Positions 1 to 8,996 of a stretch of 47,535 nucleotides of DNA are shown piece after piece. Positions within the stretch are counted from its first letter, which is position 1. Each line of letters begins with the position of its first letter. The DNA comes from a virus (lineage: Duplodnaviria; Caudoviricetes), in IMG/VR virus record IMGVR_UViG_3300005764_000004, positions 1 to 47,535 of that record, one strand, 5' to 3'. A model generated the notes under the pieces. That model saw nothing but the letters and a program-made list of their open reading frames with translations. It had not been told where the DNA came from and ran no database searches. A program made the translations under genes and the position numbers.

Positions 1-50
1 CCAGCTGATCGTCGAGCAGGGCCGGCGGATCGCCGAGTACCTGAACGAGG
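1..50. repeat. 50-nt terminal direct repeat (assembly overlap of a circular contig), copy 1
   Basis: ccagctgatc...ctgaacgagg is identical to 47486-47535, and one reading frame runs through the junction. Confidence 0.97.
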
Positions 51-2728
51 CCGACCGCGAACGGGTGGCGCTAGGGCTGCAGCCCTTCGGCGAGGCCGAG
101 CGGGCCAAACTCACCGAGTACGCGATCGCGCACATGGACGCGCGCTGGTACACGAAGGCCGAGCATCAGGCCGCCGAAGAGGCGGTGCTCGCGCGCGGTG
201 GCAGTCAGGCCGAGGCCGACGCCGTGGGCGGCCGAAGCCCCGAAGCGCTCGCGGCCTATCACCTGCACGCCGAACAGGGTGCCCACTCGGCGCAGGAGCT
301 CAAGGACGCGAGGGCCGAACTGCGGGCGAGCAGAGAGGCCAAGGCGGTCGGGCCACTCAAGAGCGATCAGACCAAGGCCGCCGAGCGCGAGCTGCTCAAG
401 GCCGAACACGGCCGCCAGCGGATCCTCGGCCGCCAGGCGTCCAGACGGGCGCGCGAAGGCGGCGCGGCGAGCTCCGCCGAGCGCAAGGTCCTCGCCGGCG
501 CCACGACCCGCGTGAGCGAGGCCAAGACGGCGCTGCGCGAGGCCAAGGCCACCGATCAGCGCGAGCAGAAACCGGCGCTCGAGGCGCGCGTGAGCAGCGC
601 GAAGCAACGCCTGCGGGCGGCCGAAGCCGAGCACCGGCTCGTGCGCGCCGACCGAGAGGCGCACCCGCTCCCGCCGCGCGAGGAGAACCTGCGCGGGCCG
701 GAAGGCCATCAGCTCACCAACGCCGAGATCCGCGCCCACGCGCGGGCCAACGGCGTTGAGCCCGACGCGCTCGCCTACGCGCCGCACCTGATAAGGACCG
801 GGAGCAAACGCGCCTTCCACAAGCGCTTTAGGCCCGGTTCCCGCCCGACCACGGCGCGCTTTCAGCGCACCGGCGCGCTGCAGGCCCGCGGAGCCCGCGC
901 GATCGGCCAGGACGTGCTCCACCAGGAGGCCGCCAACAAAGCGACGGCGATCAACCTCGCCCGGGCGCACGACCGGATCGTGCGCGAGTACGGGCGGCGC
1001 AAGCCGGACGGGCAGATGTGGAACCCGAAGGAGGCCAACGAAGCCGTCGACCTACTGCGCAAGGAAGGCCGCGGCGAGTGGACGCCGATCCGCGCCTACT
1101 CGACGCGCAACCCGGTTGGCGTGCTGGCGAAGATCTCAGAGGCCCAGCAGCCGCAGGCCGCCTTGGAAAGCGCCCACCAGGGCATCTTCCGCGAGTCGCG
1201 GATCGACCCGGGCGATACCTCGACGGCGGGCCGCAACGTCGTGCTCGTGCCGAGCCACCTGCTCGAGGAGCTCGAAAAGCTCGCGTCGCCCTCGAACGAG
1301 GGAGAGCGGTTCTTTCAGATGCTCGTCGGCCCGTTCCGCCGCGCTGTCCTACCCCAGCCGCGCTGGCTGGCCGGCAACTTCATCGAGCCCTACTTCGTGC
1401 GCCTGCCGCTCTCGGGCGCGGGGATCAACCTGCCCGGGCTCGGGATGGACGTGATCGCGGCCAAACGGGTGCTCGCGTCGCTCAAGCGCAGCGGCGACCC
1501 GCGCGCGAAAGAAGCCTTCCGGATGATCGAGGCCCAGCAGACGCGGCCGGGGCTCTTCGTCGGCAAACAGCGCGCCGCCTCGACCTACCGGCGCGCGGAG
1601 GACTTCACCGGGCGCACGGCCAGCGTCGTGCGGGCCGTCGAACGGGTCGGGAGCATCCCGGCCATCCACCAGGTCGCGTGGCTCGTCGTCAAGCTGACGA
1701 ACGGCTTCTTCAACATCAACCGCGCGATCGAGACGAGCGCGCAGTACCAGGCGTTCGGGAAATCGGCCCGGCGCGACATACAGGACTTCACGGGCAGCTG
1801 GTTCCAGAGCCTGCGCCTCGGGCAGCGCGCGGTCGACGAGGTGGCGCGCGGGCTGACCGACACGCCGACCCAGCACCGCTTCATGACCGAACAGCACGAG
1901 CTGCTCGGCAAGTACGACGGCTGGTCGCCGAAGATGAAATGGCTTGTGCGGACCTACGCGCCGTTCCTGCCGTGGACGCTCGCCGCCCTGCGCTTCGTCT
2001 ACTGGACGCTGCCAGCGCACCACACCGTCGCCTTCACGGGGCTGATGAAGCTCGCCCAGGGCGTGATCAAGGAATGGGAAGCCGAACACGAGGAAGTCAA
2101 GCAGGCGAACATCACCGGGACGCTGCGCGACGCGCTGAAGACCGAACCGGGCCACTACATCGACATCGCGCGCTACACCCCCTACGGCGCGACGATCCCA
2201 GCGGCCCGCTACGGCGACCTCGCCAACCTGTTCTCTCAGTTCGTCCCGCAGGCGTCGGGCGCGACCGAAGCCTTCTCGGGCCGTGACCCGTTCGGGCGCA
2301 CGGGCCAGGTGCCGAAGACCGAAGCGACGCCGAAGGGCGAACCCACGGGTGCCCAGAAGGTCCGCGGGGGCCTCGCGCAGTTCCTCGAATCGCTCGTCCC
2401 CGGTGCCTCGACGGCCAAGCGGCTGCTCGAGGGCGGCGGCACGCCGTACTTCACCTCTGACCTGGCGAGCGAGATCCAGCGGCGGATCGAAGGCAAGGGG
2501 CCGCTGATCAAGCCCGGCTCGGTCCACGGCGAGGCCGCGTGGGAACGGACCTTCAACCCGTTCCGGGCGACGGTGCTCAAAGCGTCCGGCGGGAAGGCCG
2601 GCGCCGCCACGACCCCAGCGCAGGAGCTCCGCGAAGCCCGCCAGGCTCTACGCGAAAGCCGCGGCGCGGTCGGCGCCACGCAGGCCGAGTTGCGGGAAGC
2701 CCGCGAAGTCCTGCGCAAGCAGCGCTAG
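2..2728 (+). CDS. C-terminal part of giant internal virion/DNA-ejection protein (starts at 45540, ~1557 aa total)
   Basis: Frame continuous with 45540..47535 across the overlap; Ala/Arg-rich and helical; last and largest of three genes after the tail genes, the position of T7 gp16-type ejection proteins. Confidence 0.8.
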   Translation, partial: QLIVEQGRRIAEYLNEADRERVALGLQPFGEAERAKLTEYAIAHMDARWYTKAEHQAAEEAVLARGGSQAEADAVGGRSPEALAAYHLHAEQGAHSAQELKDARAELRASREAKAVGPLKSDQTKAAERELLKAEHGRQRILGRQASRRAREGGAASSAERKVLAGATTRVSEAKTALREAKATDQREQKPALEARVSSAKQRLRAAEAEHRLVRADREAHPLPPREENLRGPEGHQLTNAEIRAHARANGVEPDALAYAPHLIRTGSKRAFHKRFRPGSRPTTARFQRTGALQARGARAIGQDVLHQEAANKATAINLARAHDRIVREYGRRKPDGQMWNPKEANEAVDLLRKEGRGEWTPIRAYSTRNPVGVLAKISEAQQPQAALESAHQGIFRESRIDPGDTSTAGRNVVLVPSHLLEELEKLASPSNEGERFFQMLVGPFRRAVLPQPRWLAGNFIEPYFVRLPLSGAGINLPGLGMDVIAAKRVLASLKRSGDPRAKEAFRMIEAQQTRPGLFVGKQRAASTYRRAEDFTGRTASVVRAVERVGSIPAIHQVAWLVVKLTNGFFNINRAIETSAQYQAFGKSARRDIQDFTGSWFQSLRLGQRAVDEVARGLTDTPTQHRFMTEQHELLGKYDGWSPKMKWLVRTYAPFLPWTLAALRFVYWTLPAHHTVAFTGLMKLAQGVIKEWEAEHEEVKQANITGTLRDALKTEPGHYIDIARYTPYGATIPAARYGDLANLFSQFVPQASGATEAFSGRDPFGRTGQVPKTEATPKGEPTGAQKVRGGLAQFLESLVPGASTAKRLLEGGGTPYFTSDLASEIQRRIEGKGPLIKPGSVHGEAAWERTFNPFRATVLKASGGKAGAATTPAQELREARQALRESRGAVGATQAELREAREVLRKQR

Positions 2729-2736
2729 CCGTCCGG

Positions 2737-2760
2737 TACGCTGTAAGCGAACGAAAGGAC
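2737..2760 (+). promoter_or_regulatory. -10 box TACGCT followed by conserved extended RBS GAACGAAAGGAC
   Basis: TACGCT at 2737-2742; motif at 2749-2760; GTG at 2767. Confidence 0.6.
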
Positions 2761-2766
2761 GGAGCG

Positions 2767-2916
2767 GTGAGCGGCGTACGGGATCTCAAGGGTCGAATGT
2801 TCGGCCCCTTCTGGCGAAGCGATTGGGTGCTCGGCTTCATCCTGCTCTGCGCGGGCCTCGGCGTCGTCGCGATCCTCGTCTCGGGCAGCGTGGCGATCGC
2901 CCAGGCGGTGAGCTGA
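2767..2916 (+). CDS. Small membrane protein (49 aa)
   Basis: RBS motif upstream; hydrophobic stretch WVLGFILLCAGLGVVAILV; TGATG coupling to next gene. Confidence 0.65.
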   Translation: MSGVRDLKGRMFGPFWRSDWVLGFILLCAGLGVVAILVSGSVAIAQAVS

Positions 2917-3122
2917 TGGACGACCCGCACGCCCACGCGCAGGGAGAGGACGAGCAGCCCGAGATGGGCATGGCCGAGTACAGGGCGGCCGTGGCGCTCG
3001 CCATGACCCGCTACGCCGACTCGCTCGAGAAGATCGCCTTTGCCCTGGAAGTGCTCGCCGGTATCTGCCCGAGGCCGCCTGTCAGGGTCCGGGGGAGCCA
3101 CTTCACCCCGGAGGACCTGTGA
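2916..3122 (+). CDS. Hypothetical protein (68 aa)
   Basis: Stop/start overlaps at both ends. Confidence 0.6.
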   Translation: MDDPHAHAQGEDEQPEMGMAEYRAAVALAMTRYADSLEKIAFALEVLAGICPRPPVRVRGSHFTPEDL

Positions 3123-3463
3123 AGCACCCGCAGGAACAGGGCACGCTGCGGGTCCGTCGCCGCTCAGAGCGATGCGAACTCGAGCGCACGGCCCGCCAGG
3201 AACGCGAGCTCGACGCCCAGCTGGAGAAGACCTACGCCTACCTCGCCCAGGAGGCGATGGCGGACCTCGACGAGCTGCTCGAGCGCGAATCGCCGGCTGA
3301 GCCGCTGGCACCCGAGCCTCGCCGGCGCTGGGGCTGGCTGCGGACCCTCGGCGCGTGGCTCGCTGCCTTCGCCATAGCCGCGTTGCTCTTGTGGGTCGTG
3401 ATCGAAACGGCGGACTCGTGCTCGCGCTGCGACGGGCAGCCGCGCTACGAACGGAGCGAATGA
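3119..3463 (+). CDS. Hypothetical membrane protein (114 aa)
   Basis: GTGA overlap; C-terminal TM segment followed by CSRC. Confidence 0.65.
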   Translation: MKHPQEQGTLRVRRRSERCELERTARQERELDAQLEKTYAYLAQEAMADLDELLERESPAEPLAPEPRRRWGWLRTLGAWLAAFAIAALLLWVVIETADSCSRCDGQPRYERSE

Positions 3464-3687
3464 ACCTCTGGCGCCGCCAGCCCGAGCCGCTCTCGGAGGC
3501 CGAGATCGAGGAGAGCCTCTACGGCCGTGGCGAGGGCGGACCGAGCGAGCCGCACGCAAGGCAGATCCTCGAGACAGCGCCGCAGACCGAGCCATCAGAG
3601 CTGATCCGACTGCGCAGCGACGAAGCGCTCGCCTATGAGCTGGACGCCCTGGCGCCAGACTCGCGGCGGCTGGTGCTCTCACGCTGA
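3460..3687 (+). CDS. Hypothetical protein (75 aa)
   Basis: ATGA overlap with the previous stop. Confidence 0.6.
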   Translation: MNLWRRQPEPLSEAEIEESLYGRGEGGPSEPHARQILETAPQTEPSELIRLRSDEALAYELDALAPDSRRLVLSR

Positions 3688-3863
3688 TGCAGGGCCAGAT
3701 CATCAGCGGCACCGTGGAGTTCCGCCAGCGCGGAGCGCTCGGGATCTGGCACGCCGGTGAGAACCTTCGCGACCCGCCGAGCGAGTGGCACATGATCGAC
3801 ACTCGTGAGTGCTCCTCGGGGCTGCTCCTCAACGCAAGCTTTAGCGGTGACCTGGAGGTATGA
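3687..3863 (+). CDS. Hypothetical protein (58 aa, MQGQIISGTVEF...)
   Basis: Translated by hand; TGATG and ATGA coupling. Confidence 0.55.
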   Translation: MQGQIISGTVEFRQRGALGIWHAGENLRDPPSEWHMIDTRECSSGLLLNASFSGDLEV

Positions 3864-4039
3864 CCCGCCATCGCAAAGAACGCCGCTTCTGGCTGAAGGT
3901 CGGCACGATCTACGCGAGCGTCTGGCTACGCGAACTGATCCTGAGGGGCCACTGGCCGAAGCGAGCGAGCTGCGCGACGCCGTACGCAGGGCGCCCTGAG
4001 CCCTCTGGCACTCTTCCTTGCCTTTGGTCAGGGTTGTAG
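3860..4039 (+). CDS. Hypothetical basic protein (59 aa, MTRHRKERRFW...)
   Basis: Translated by hand; ATGA overlap with the previous stop. Confidence 0.45.
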   Translation: MTRHRKERRFWLKVGTIYASVWLRELILRGHWPKRASCATPYAGRPEPSGTLPCLWSGL

Positions 4040-4368
4040 GCGCTTGGGCTCAAACCAGGTAGGTCGCGCGCGCGCGCGTGTGATGGCGTCGGGGCCTTCG
4101 GCTCTTGCGCGGCCACGGCGAGGGCGGGTTGGGATTGGCTACCCGGTCCCGTATGTTGATAGGCGTTGGCCGGAGTACCTCGCGATGGCCGACCCGTCTA
4201 TGAGGGGCGCAGCGCACGCCCTGACGGGCGCTTACCGCTGGTGCTTCGTAGTGACGCCGCTCACGTCGCTACGCTGGGGGGGCGATTTTGAAGGATCGCT
4301 GAGGCTTATCATGCCCCCCGGCGGTAAGCCTCCCCGGCGGCCCGCGTAATGCGGGTCGTCCGCGTTTT
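4040..4368 (+). ncRNA. Candidate highly structured non-coding RNA (or ssDNA origin)
   Basis: Hairpins at 4131-4150, 4159-4201 and 4205-4221; multibranch domain closed by 4230-4240/4319-4329; G-U pairs consistently favour the + strand. Confidence 0.5.
4336..4368 (+). terminator. Intrinsic terminator-like hairpin
   Basis: GGCGGCCCGC-GTAAT-GCGGGTCGTC then CGCGTTTT. Confidence 0.6.
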
Positions 4369-4385
4369 AGGGCAGCATCAGGGCC

Positions 4386-5585
4386 ATGCCGGCCAACCAG
4401 CGAGCGGTCGTCAGGGAAGCCGCGCAGCGCGCCGGGATCAACCCGGCGGTGCTGTGGGGGGTGTTCGGGACCGAGACGAACTTCGGGCGCAACACCTCGA
4501 CGAGCTCCGCCGGCGCGGTTGGCCCGTTCCAGTTCCTTCCGGGGACCGCGCGCTCGCTCGGGATCAACCCGCTCGACTTCCGCTCCGCTGCCTTCGGAGC
4601 CGCTAAGTACCTCGCGCAGTTCAAGGGCCGCGGCACCGCTGGGATGCTCTCGGCCTACAACGCCGGCCCGGCCGGCGGCGAACAGCCCAGCTACGTCGCG
4701 AGCGTCCTTCGCAACGCGCGCCAGTGGGGCTCCGGTCCCACGCCCGGCGAAGCGAGCGCTGCGGCCGCGGCGCGCACGGGCGAACCCGGCGCGAGTGCGA
4801 CGGCGACCTACACGCCCGGACCCGAACGGATCGGGATCCAGCAGGGCGCCCAGACCGTCAACCCGCAGGCGCTCGAAGCGATCAAGGCGCTCCTGGCCCA
4901 GGCCGAACCGAAGCGCTCCGCCGCCGCTGAAATCCAGCCGCGCAGGCCGATCTCCCCCCGGATGGCGCTCCCCCAGCTCCCGGGCGGCGTCGGCGCCGTC
5001 CCGCCGCTCGCGCCCAAGCCCGAACCCTCGCTCTCGCAGAAGATCACGCCGCTGCTCGAACAGCTCAGCACCCAGGAACCCTCGCGCGTCGTGGGCGAAG
5101 GCCGCGAACCGGGCTCGCTCTCGCTCAACGTGAGTCCCAGCGGAGCGCCCAACTCGCTCGCCAACGCCGTACCGCGCGGGGCCAAGCTGCGGGGATTCCT
5201 GCCCGCCAACGCCGCGCTCACGGTCAAGCGGATCGACCAAGGCCAGGACCTCCAGACCAACCCCGGCGGCCCGATCCTCGCGCCGGGCGCGGGCCGCGTG
5301 ATCGCCGTACCGTCCAACCCGGGCGGCTTCGGCACGAGCTATCCGGTCGTCCACTTCGACTCCGGCCCGCTCGCGGGTCACGACGTCTACATCGGCCACA
5401 CGCGCTCCGCGCTGCCCTCGGGCGCCCGCTTCGGCGCCGGGCAGGTGCTCAGCCGCACCCAGCACGGCTCTGGCCCGTTCGCGGGCAACGCGAACACGCC
5501 GGGCTGGGCGGAGATCGGCCTCTGGCCGCCGGGCTCGATGAGCGCCGGCCGCCAGATCGCCCCGCTCTTGGGATTGAGGGCGTGA
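4386..5585 (+). CDS. Lytic transglycosylase (SLT) with C-terminal M23-peptidase-like domain
   Basis: ETNFG..SSAGAVGPFQF and AYNAG SLT motifs; DQGQD..PILAPGAGRV..YIGH M23-like pattern. Confidence 0.85.
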   Translation: MPANQRAVVREAAQRAGINPAVLWGVFGTETNFGRNTSTSSAGAVGPFQFLPGTARSLGINPLDFRSAAFGAAKYLAQFKGRGTAGMLSAYNAGPAGGEQPSYVASVLRNARQWGSGPTPGEASAAAAARTGEPGASATATYTPGPERIGIQQGAQTVNPQALEAIKALLAQAEPKRSAAAEIQPRRPISPRMALPQLPGGVGAVPPLAPKPEPSLSQKITPLLEQLSTQEPSRVVGEGREPGSLSLNVSPSGAPNSLANAVPRGAKLRGFLPANAALTVKRIDQGQDLQTNPGGPILAPGAGRVIAVPSNPGGFGTSYPVVHFDSGPLAGHDVYIGHTRSALPSGARFGAGQVLSRTQHGSGPFAGNANTPGWAEIGLWPPGSMSAGRQIAPLLGLRA

Positions 5586-5828
5586 GTGCTTGCCGTCTCC
5601 TCGGGTGCCACGCTGCTCGGAGTCGCCGCGGTCATTTCTGCGTTGGGCGGCTTCGCCTCGACGATGATGGCGCTACGCACGAGCCGTCACGAGGAGAAGG
5701 CGTCGGGGCTCGAGCAGCTCAGCGCGCGAGAGGAAGAGCTGGCGAAATGCCGTGCTACCTCCGAGCAGCTCGCCAAGGAGCTCCACGACCGCAAGATGGC
5801 CGCGGCCGGGGCCGGCGATGAGAGCTAG
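5586..5828 (+). CDS. Membrane-anchored coiled-coil protein (lysis accessory/holin-like)
   Basis: N-terminal TM plus heptad-like tail; lysis context. Confidence 0.55.
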   Translation: MLAVSSGATLLGVAAVISALGGFASTMMALRTSRHEEKASGLEQLSAREEELAKCRATSEQLAKELHDRKMAAAGAGDES

Positions 5829-6156
5829 CAGCGTCTACGGCCTCGTCGGCGTGACGGCTTCGCTGGGTGCCGGCGCGCTCGCCGCCGCCGCGCTCTCGCA
5901 GGGCGGGTCGGCCCCGCCGCCGACCAGGACGATCACGATCAACGCCGGCGAAGGGGCGACGGGGCCGACCGGCGCCTCCGGCGAGAAAGGGCTGACGGGT
6001 GCCTCCGGTGCCAAAGGTGCGAGCGGCCCGCAGGGTGCGACCGGACCGCCGGGCAGCGTCGAATGTATCGCCGGCTACTCGCCGGGGATCCTGGTCCTGA
6101 ATCATCCTGGCGGCCACACCGACATCTACACCTGCATCAGCGATGCCAGTTCGTGA
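5818..6156 (+). CDS. Membrane-anchored collagen-like protein
   Basis: N-terminal hydrophobic segment; about 11 G-X-Y repeats (GATGPTGASGEK...). Confidence 0.75.
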   Translation: MRASSVYGLVGVTASLGAGALAAAALSQGGSAPPPTRTITINAGEGATGPTGASGEKGLTGASGAKGASGPQGATGPPGSVECIAGYSPGILVLNHPGGHTDIYTCISDASS

Positions 6157-6171
6157 GCGTAGACTGCGCGC

Positions 6172-6588
6172 ATGGCCGGCACCCGCAAGCGCCTGAGCGC
6201 GCATTTCGTGATCGAGGAGTTCGACTGCCACGACGGCACGCTGGTCCAGGAGCGCGACTACGGTGGCCTCGAATATCTCTGCCGCGCCTTCCTTGAGCCG
6301 CTGCGGGCCAAGTACGGCCCGGTGAGCGTCCACTCGGGCTTTCGCACGGCGAGCTACAACCGCCGGATCGGCGGCGCGTCCAACTCCTTCCACGTCTACA
6401 CCGCGCACGACGGCAACGACCAAGCGGCCGACGTGAGTTGTGTCCACGGAGGTCCGCACGACTGGCACCGTACGCTCAACGCCCTGCGGGCCACCAAGCG
6501 CAACGGCAACGGCGGCCTTGGGCTCTACGTCGACTTCTGCCACTTCGACATACGCGACTACCCCGCGAATTGGTACGGAGCCGCCTGA
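6172..6588 (+). CDS. Peptidase M15 family (Zn D-Ala-D-Ala peptidase-like)
   Basis: SGFR..YN..IGGA.NSFH...AAD...GLGLY..FCHFD motifs; leaderless -10 TAGACT at 6160-6165. Confidence 0.88.
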   Translation: MAGTRKRLSAHFVIEEFDCHDGTLVQERDYGGLEYLCRAFLEPLRAKYGPVSVHSGFRTASYNRRIGGASNSFHVYTAHDGNDQAADVSCVHGGPHDWHRTLNALRATKRNGNGGLGLYVDFCHFDIRDYPANWYGAA

Positions 6589-6806
6589 TGGACGAGAAGC
6601 AGGTCGCGCCCAAGCCCTACATCGCGGATATGCCGCCCGCGACGGGCGACCCGCCGCCCTCGATCGAGCCGATGCCCGAGGAGCCGATGCTGGCGCACGA
6701 GGCCAAGGCCGACAACAGCGTGGACGACCGCGAGCAGCTTGAGCCGCGCAACATGGACCTGCCCGAAGGCGCCACGCGCGAGGACTACGCCCGCGAGGGC
6801 GTCTAG
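6588..6806 (+). CDS. Hypothetical acidic Pro-rich protein (72 aa)
   Basis: TGATG coupling; abuts the next gene. Confidence 0.55.
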   Translation: MDEKQVAPKPYIADMPPATGDPPPSIEPMPEEPMLAHEAKADNSVDDREQLEPRNMDLPEGATREDYAREGV

Positions 6807-7160
6807 GTGGACTACGGGCCGTATCCGGCCAAGTGTGTCGCCGTCCACGACGGGGACACGATCACCTTCGACATCGACGTGGGTTTCGGGCATATGGTGA
6901 TCGGGCAGAGCTGGGACGGCAAGACCCAGATGAGCTGCCGCGTCTACGGGATCAACGCGCCGGAGCTGCGCACGCAGGAGGGCAAGGACGCGCTCGTCTA
7001 CGCCCGCATGCTGATCAAGCCCGGCGACCGCTGCACGCTGCTCTCGAAGGGCTGGGACAAGTACGGCGGGCGCTACGACGGCGTGATCACGCTGCCGGAT
7101 GGCTCGGACTTCGCGCAGGCCATGATCGCCGCGGGCCATGCCGTGCCGATGAGCCTCTAG
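6807..7160 (+). CDS. Thermonuclease (SNase-like nuclease)
   Basis: VHDGDT, RVYGINAPE and DKYGGR motifs. Confidence 0.88.
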   Translation: MDYGPYPAKCVAVHDGDTITFDIDVGFGHMVIGQSWDGKTQMSCRVYGINAPELRTQEGKDALVYARMLIKPGDRCTLLSKGWDKYGGRYDGVITLPDGSDFAQAMIAAGHAVPMSL

Positions 7161-7190
7161 GCGTCCGCCGCCTGCGCGAAACTGCGCCCA

Positions 7191-7532
7191 ATGCAGGGCA
7201 AGGTGAGCATCGGCCCGGCATCGTGGCTCGGCTGGTCTGCCTTCGTCGCCGGCCAGATTGGGGCGATCCTCACGGCGGTCACGGGCAGCAAAGCCGACCT
7301 CAGCGGTCCGGGTAAATGGTGGAGCATCGGCGGCATCGTGGCGCTCGTCGCGACGAACGCCGGCCGCCAGCTGCAGGCGATGGTCAAGGCGGCGAACCCC
7401 GGGCTCGCGCTCCCGAGCGACGAAGAGGAGCTCGCCGTAGGCCCGGAGAGTGCCGAACCGCGCCCGGTCGCCAGGGAGTCGAGCGCCGTGCCGGACGGCG
7501 CCGAACAGGCAGAGCCGCCGCCGCAGGGCTGA
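7191..7532 (+). CDS. Putative holin
   Basis: Two hydrophobic segments and a charged tail; directly upstream of the lysozyme. Confidence 0.55.
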   Translation: MQGKVSIGPASWLGWSAFVAGQIGAILTAVTGSKADLSGPGKWWSIGGIVALVATNAGRQLQAMVKAANPGLALPSDEEELAVGPESAEPRPVARESSAVPDGAEQAEPPPQG

Positions 7533-7535
7533 GCG

Positions 7536-8234
7536 GTGCACATCTCCGACAACGGCACTCGGTTCATCGCCGGATTCGAGGGCTTCTCCAGCACGCCGTA
7601 TTGGGACAGCTACGGGAAAGTCTGGACCCGCGGCTTCGGAGAAACCGAAGGAATCTCCCGCAGCTCGCCGGCGATCTCCCGCCAGGAGGGCGAACGCCGG
7701 CTGCGCCGGCTGGTCGAACAGCGCTATGAGTGGGCCGTCAACGAGCTCAGCCCGAGCACCCAGGATGCCTACGACGCGCTCTGCAGCTTCGCTTGGAACC
7801 TCGGCGCGGGCATCTTCAAGGGCAACCTGCGCGACGCGCTCATGCGCCACGACTACGCCCGCGCGGGCGACATCATGCTCCAGTACGACCACGCGGGCGG
7901 CGTGCGCCTCGCGGGGCTCACGCGCCGCCGGCGCGCGGAGGTCGATCTCATGCGCCGCGGCCGCGCAGCTCCCGCGCCGAAGCCCATCGACCCGCTCGAC
8001 GTGCTCACGCTCGAGGAGCACCGCGCCGTGAACTCGCTGATCGCCTACCGCCGGCACCCGGCGCTGCATCCCGTGGGCATCCCGATCACGCTGAAAAGGA
8101 TCGAGGCGCTGCGCAAGGCGATATGGGTCGCCGCCGAACAGGGCAAGCTGCCGGACGGGCGCCCGACTAAGCGGGGCTGGGACGTGAGCAACCGCGACAA
8201 GCGCTACAAACTGCTGTGGAAATACTCCAAGTGA
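7536..8234 (+). CDS. Endolysin, GH24 phage lysozyme
   Basis: FEG..PYWD...WTRGFG (E-D-T triad), ALCSFAWNLG, GLTRRR.AE. Confidence 0.92.
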   Translation: MHISDNGTRFIAGFEGFSSTPYWDSYGKVWTRGFGETEGISRSSPAISRQEGERRLRRLVEQRYEWAVNELSPSTQDAYDALCSFAWNLGAGIFKGNLRDALMRHDYARAGDIMLQYDHAGGVRLAGLTRRRRAEVDLMRRGRAAPAPKPIDPLDVLTLEEHRAVNSLIAYRRHPALHPVGIPITLKRIEALRKAIWVAAEQGKLPDGRPTKRGWDVSNRDKRYKLLWKYSK

Positions 8235-8392
8235 TCGTCGCTCTCTTCATCTTCCTCGCCGTCCTCGTGCTCACCTTCGCGGCGGTCGCCGTCTCCGTGA
8301 GGGCCGAGCGCCGCCGAGCCCGCGAGGCCCGCGAAGCGCCGGCGACACTCGAGGGCGGCGGCTCGCACCTGAGCGCGCACCGGAGCGAGTAG
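8231..8392 (+). CDS. Small membrane protein (53 aa)
   Basis: Translated by hand; GTGA overlap; N-terminal TM. Confidence 0.6.
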   Translation: MIVALFIFLAVLVLTFAAVAVSVRAERRRAREAREAPATLEGGGSHLSAHRSE

Positions 8393-8712
8393 TGCCTCTG
8401 AGTCGGTACTTCAACGCGCCCAATAAGAAGCCGGGCGAAGGCGAGAAGGTCATGGCCGCCATGCAGGCTCGCTACGGTCCCGAACGCGGGAAGCGCGTGT
8501 TCTACGCCACGGTGAACCGCATGAGGAAAGGTTCACCTGCCGAACGCGCCGCTCAACCTGCAGCGCCTCCGGGCAGCAAATCGCCCGGCTCGGCGCTGAT
8601 GAGCGCGCGCAAGCGCCGTCGCGGCCGCTCAGGAGCTCTCAGCGGGCCGCCCAAGGCCACGGGAGGCCCGATCTACGGCGCGTCCTCGTCCACCACCAGG
8701 GTCGGGTACTAG
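8392..8712 (+). CDS. Small basic protein 1 (putative virion core/DNA-binding)
   Basis: MPL..G.KVMAAM..RYG...GKRVFYA pattern recalled from phage hypothetical proteins; K/R-rich. Confidence 0.7.
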   Translation: MPLSRYFNAPNKKPGEGEKVMAAMQARYGPERGKRVFYATVNRMRKGSPAERAAQPAAPPGSKSPGSALMSARKRRRGRSGALSGPPKATGGPIYGASSSTTRVGY

Positions 8713-8741
8713 CGCCCGAGAGGGGCGCTAGTGTGCCGCTG

Positions 8742-8996
8742 ATGGCCGTCCCGATCAACCACGCGGCCGAACCCGGCTTCGGCTCTGCCGGCGCCGCGCT
8801 CATGGCGGCGATGATGGCCCACCGCGCGCAGCAGTCCCAGGCCGCCGGCTACCAGCACCCGCCGTCTCACCCGCCCGCGCACATGGTCGGACGCCCGGGC
8901 GACTCCGAGCTCCAGCCGCCGCCGCATCGGCGCCGGCACACGCTCGGCGCTCCGCTGCGCGGCAACCTGACGCCCGGCGTGGGGATGCTCGGCTGA
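8742..8996 (+). CDS. Small His/Pro-rich protein 2
   Basis: -10 TAGTGT at 8729-8734, 7 nt before ATG 8742 (alternative start 8733). Confidence 0.55.
   Translation: MAVPINHAAEPGFGSAGAALMAAMMAHRAQQSQAAGYQHPPSHPPAHMVGRPGDSELQPPPHRRRHTLGAPLRGNLTPGVGMLG

Noticed and set aside
1-50. Terminal repeat as a biological DTR or att site
   Set aside because: It lies mid-gene and is exactly 50 nt, so an assembly overlap explains it best.
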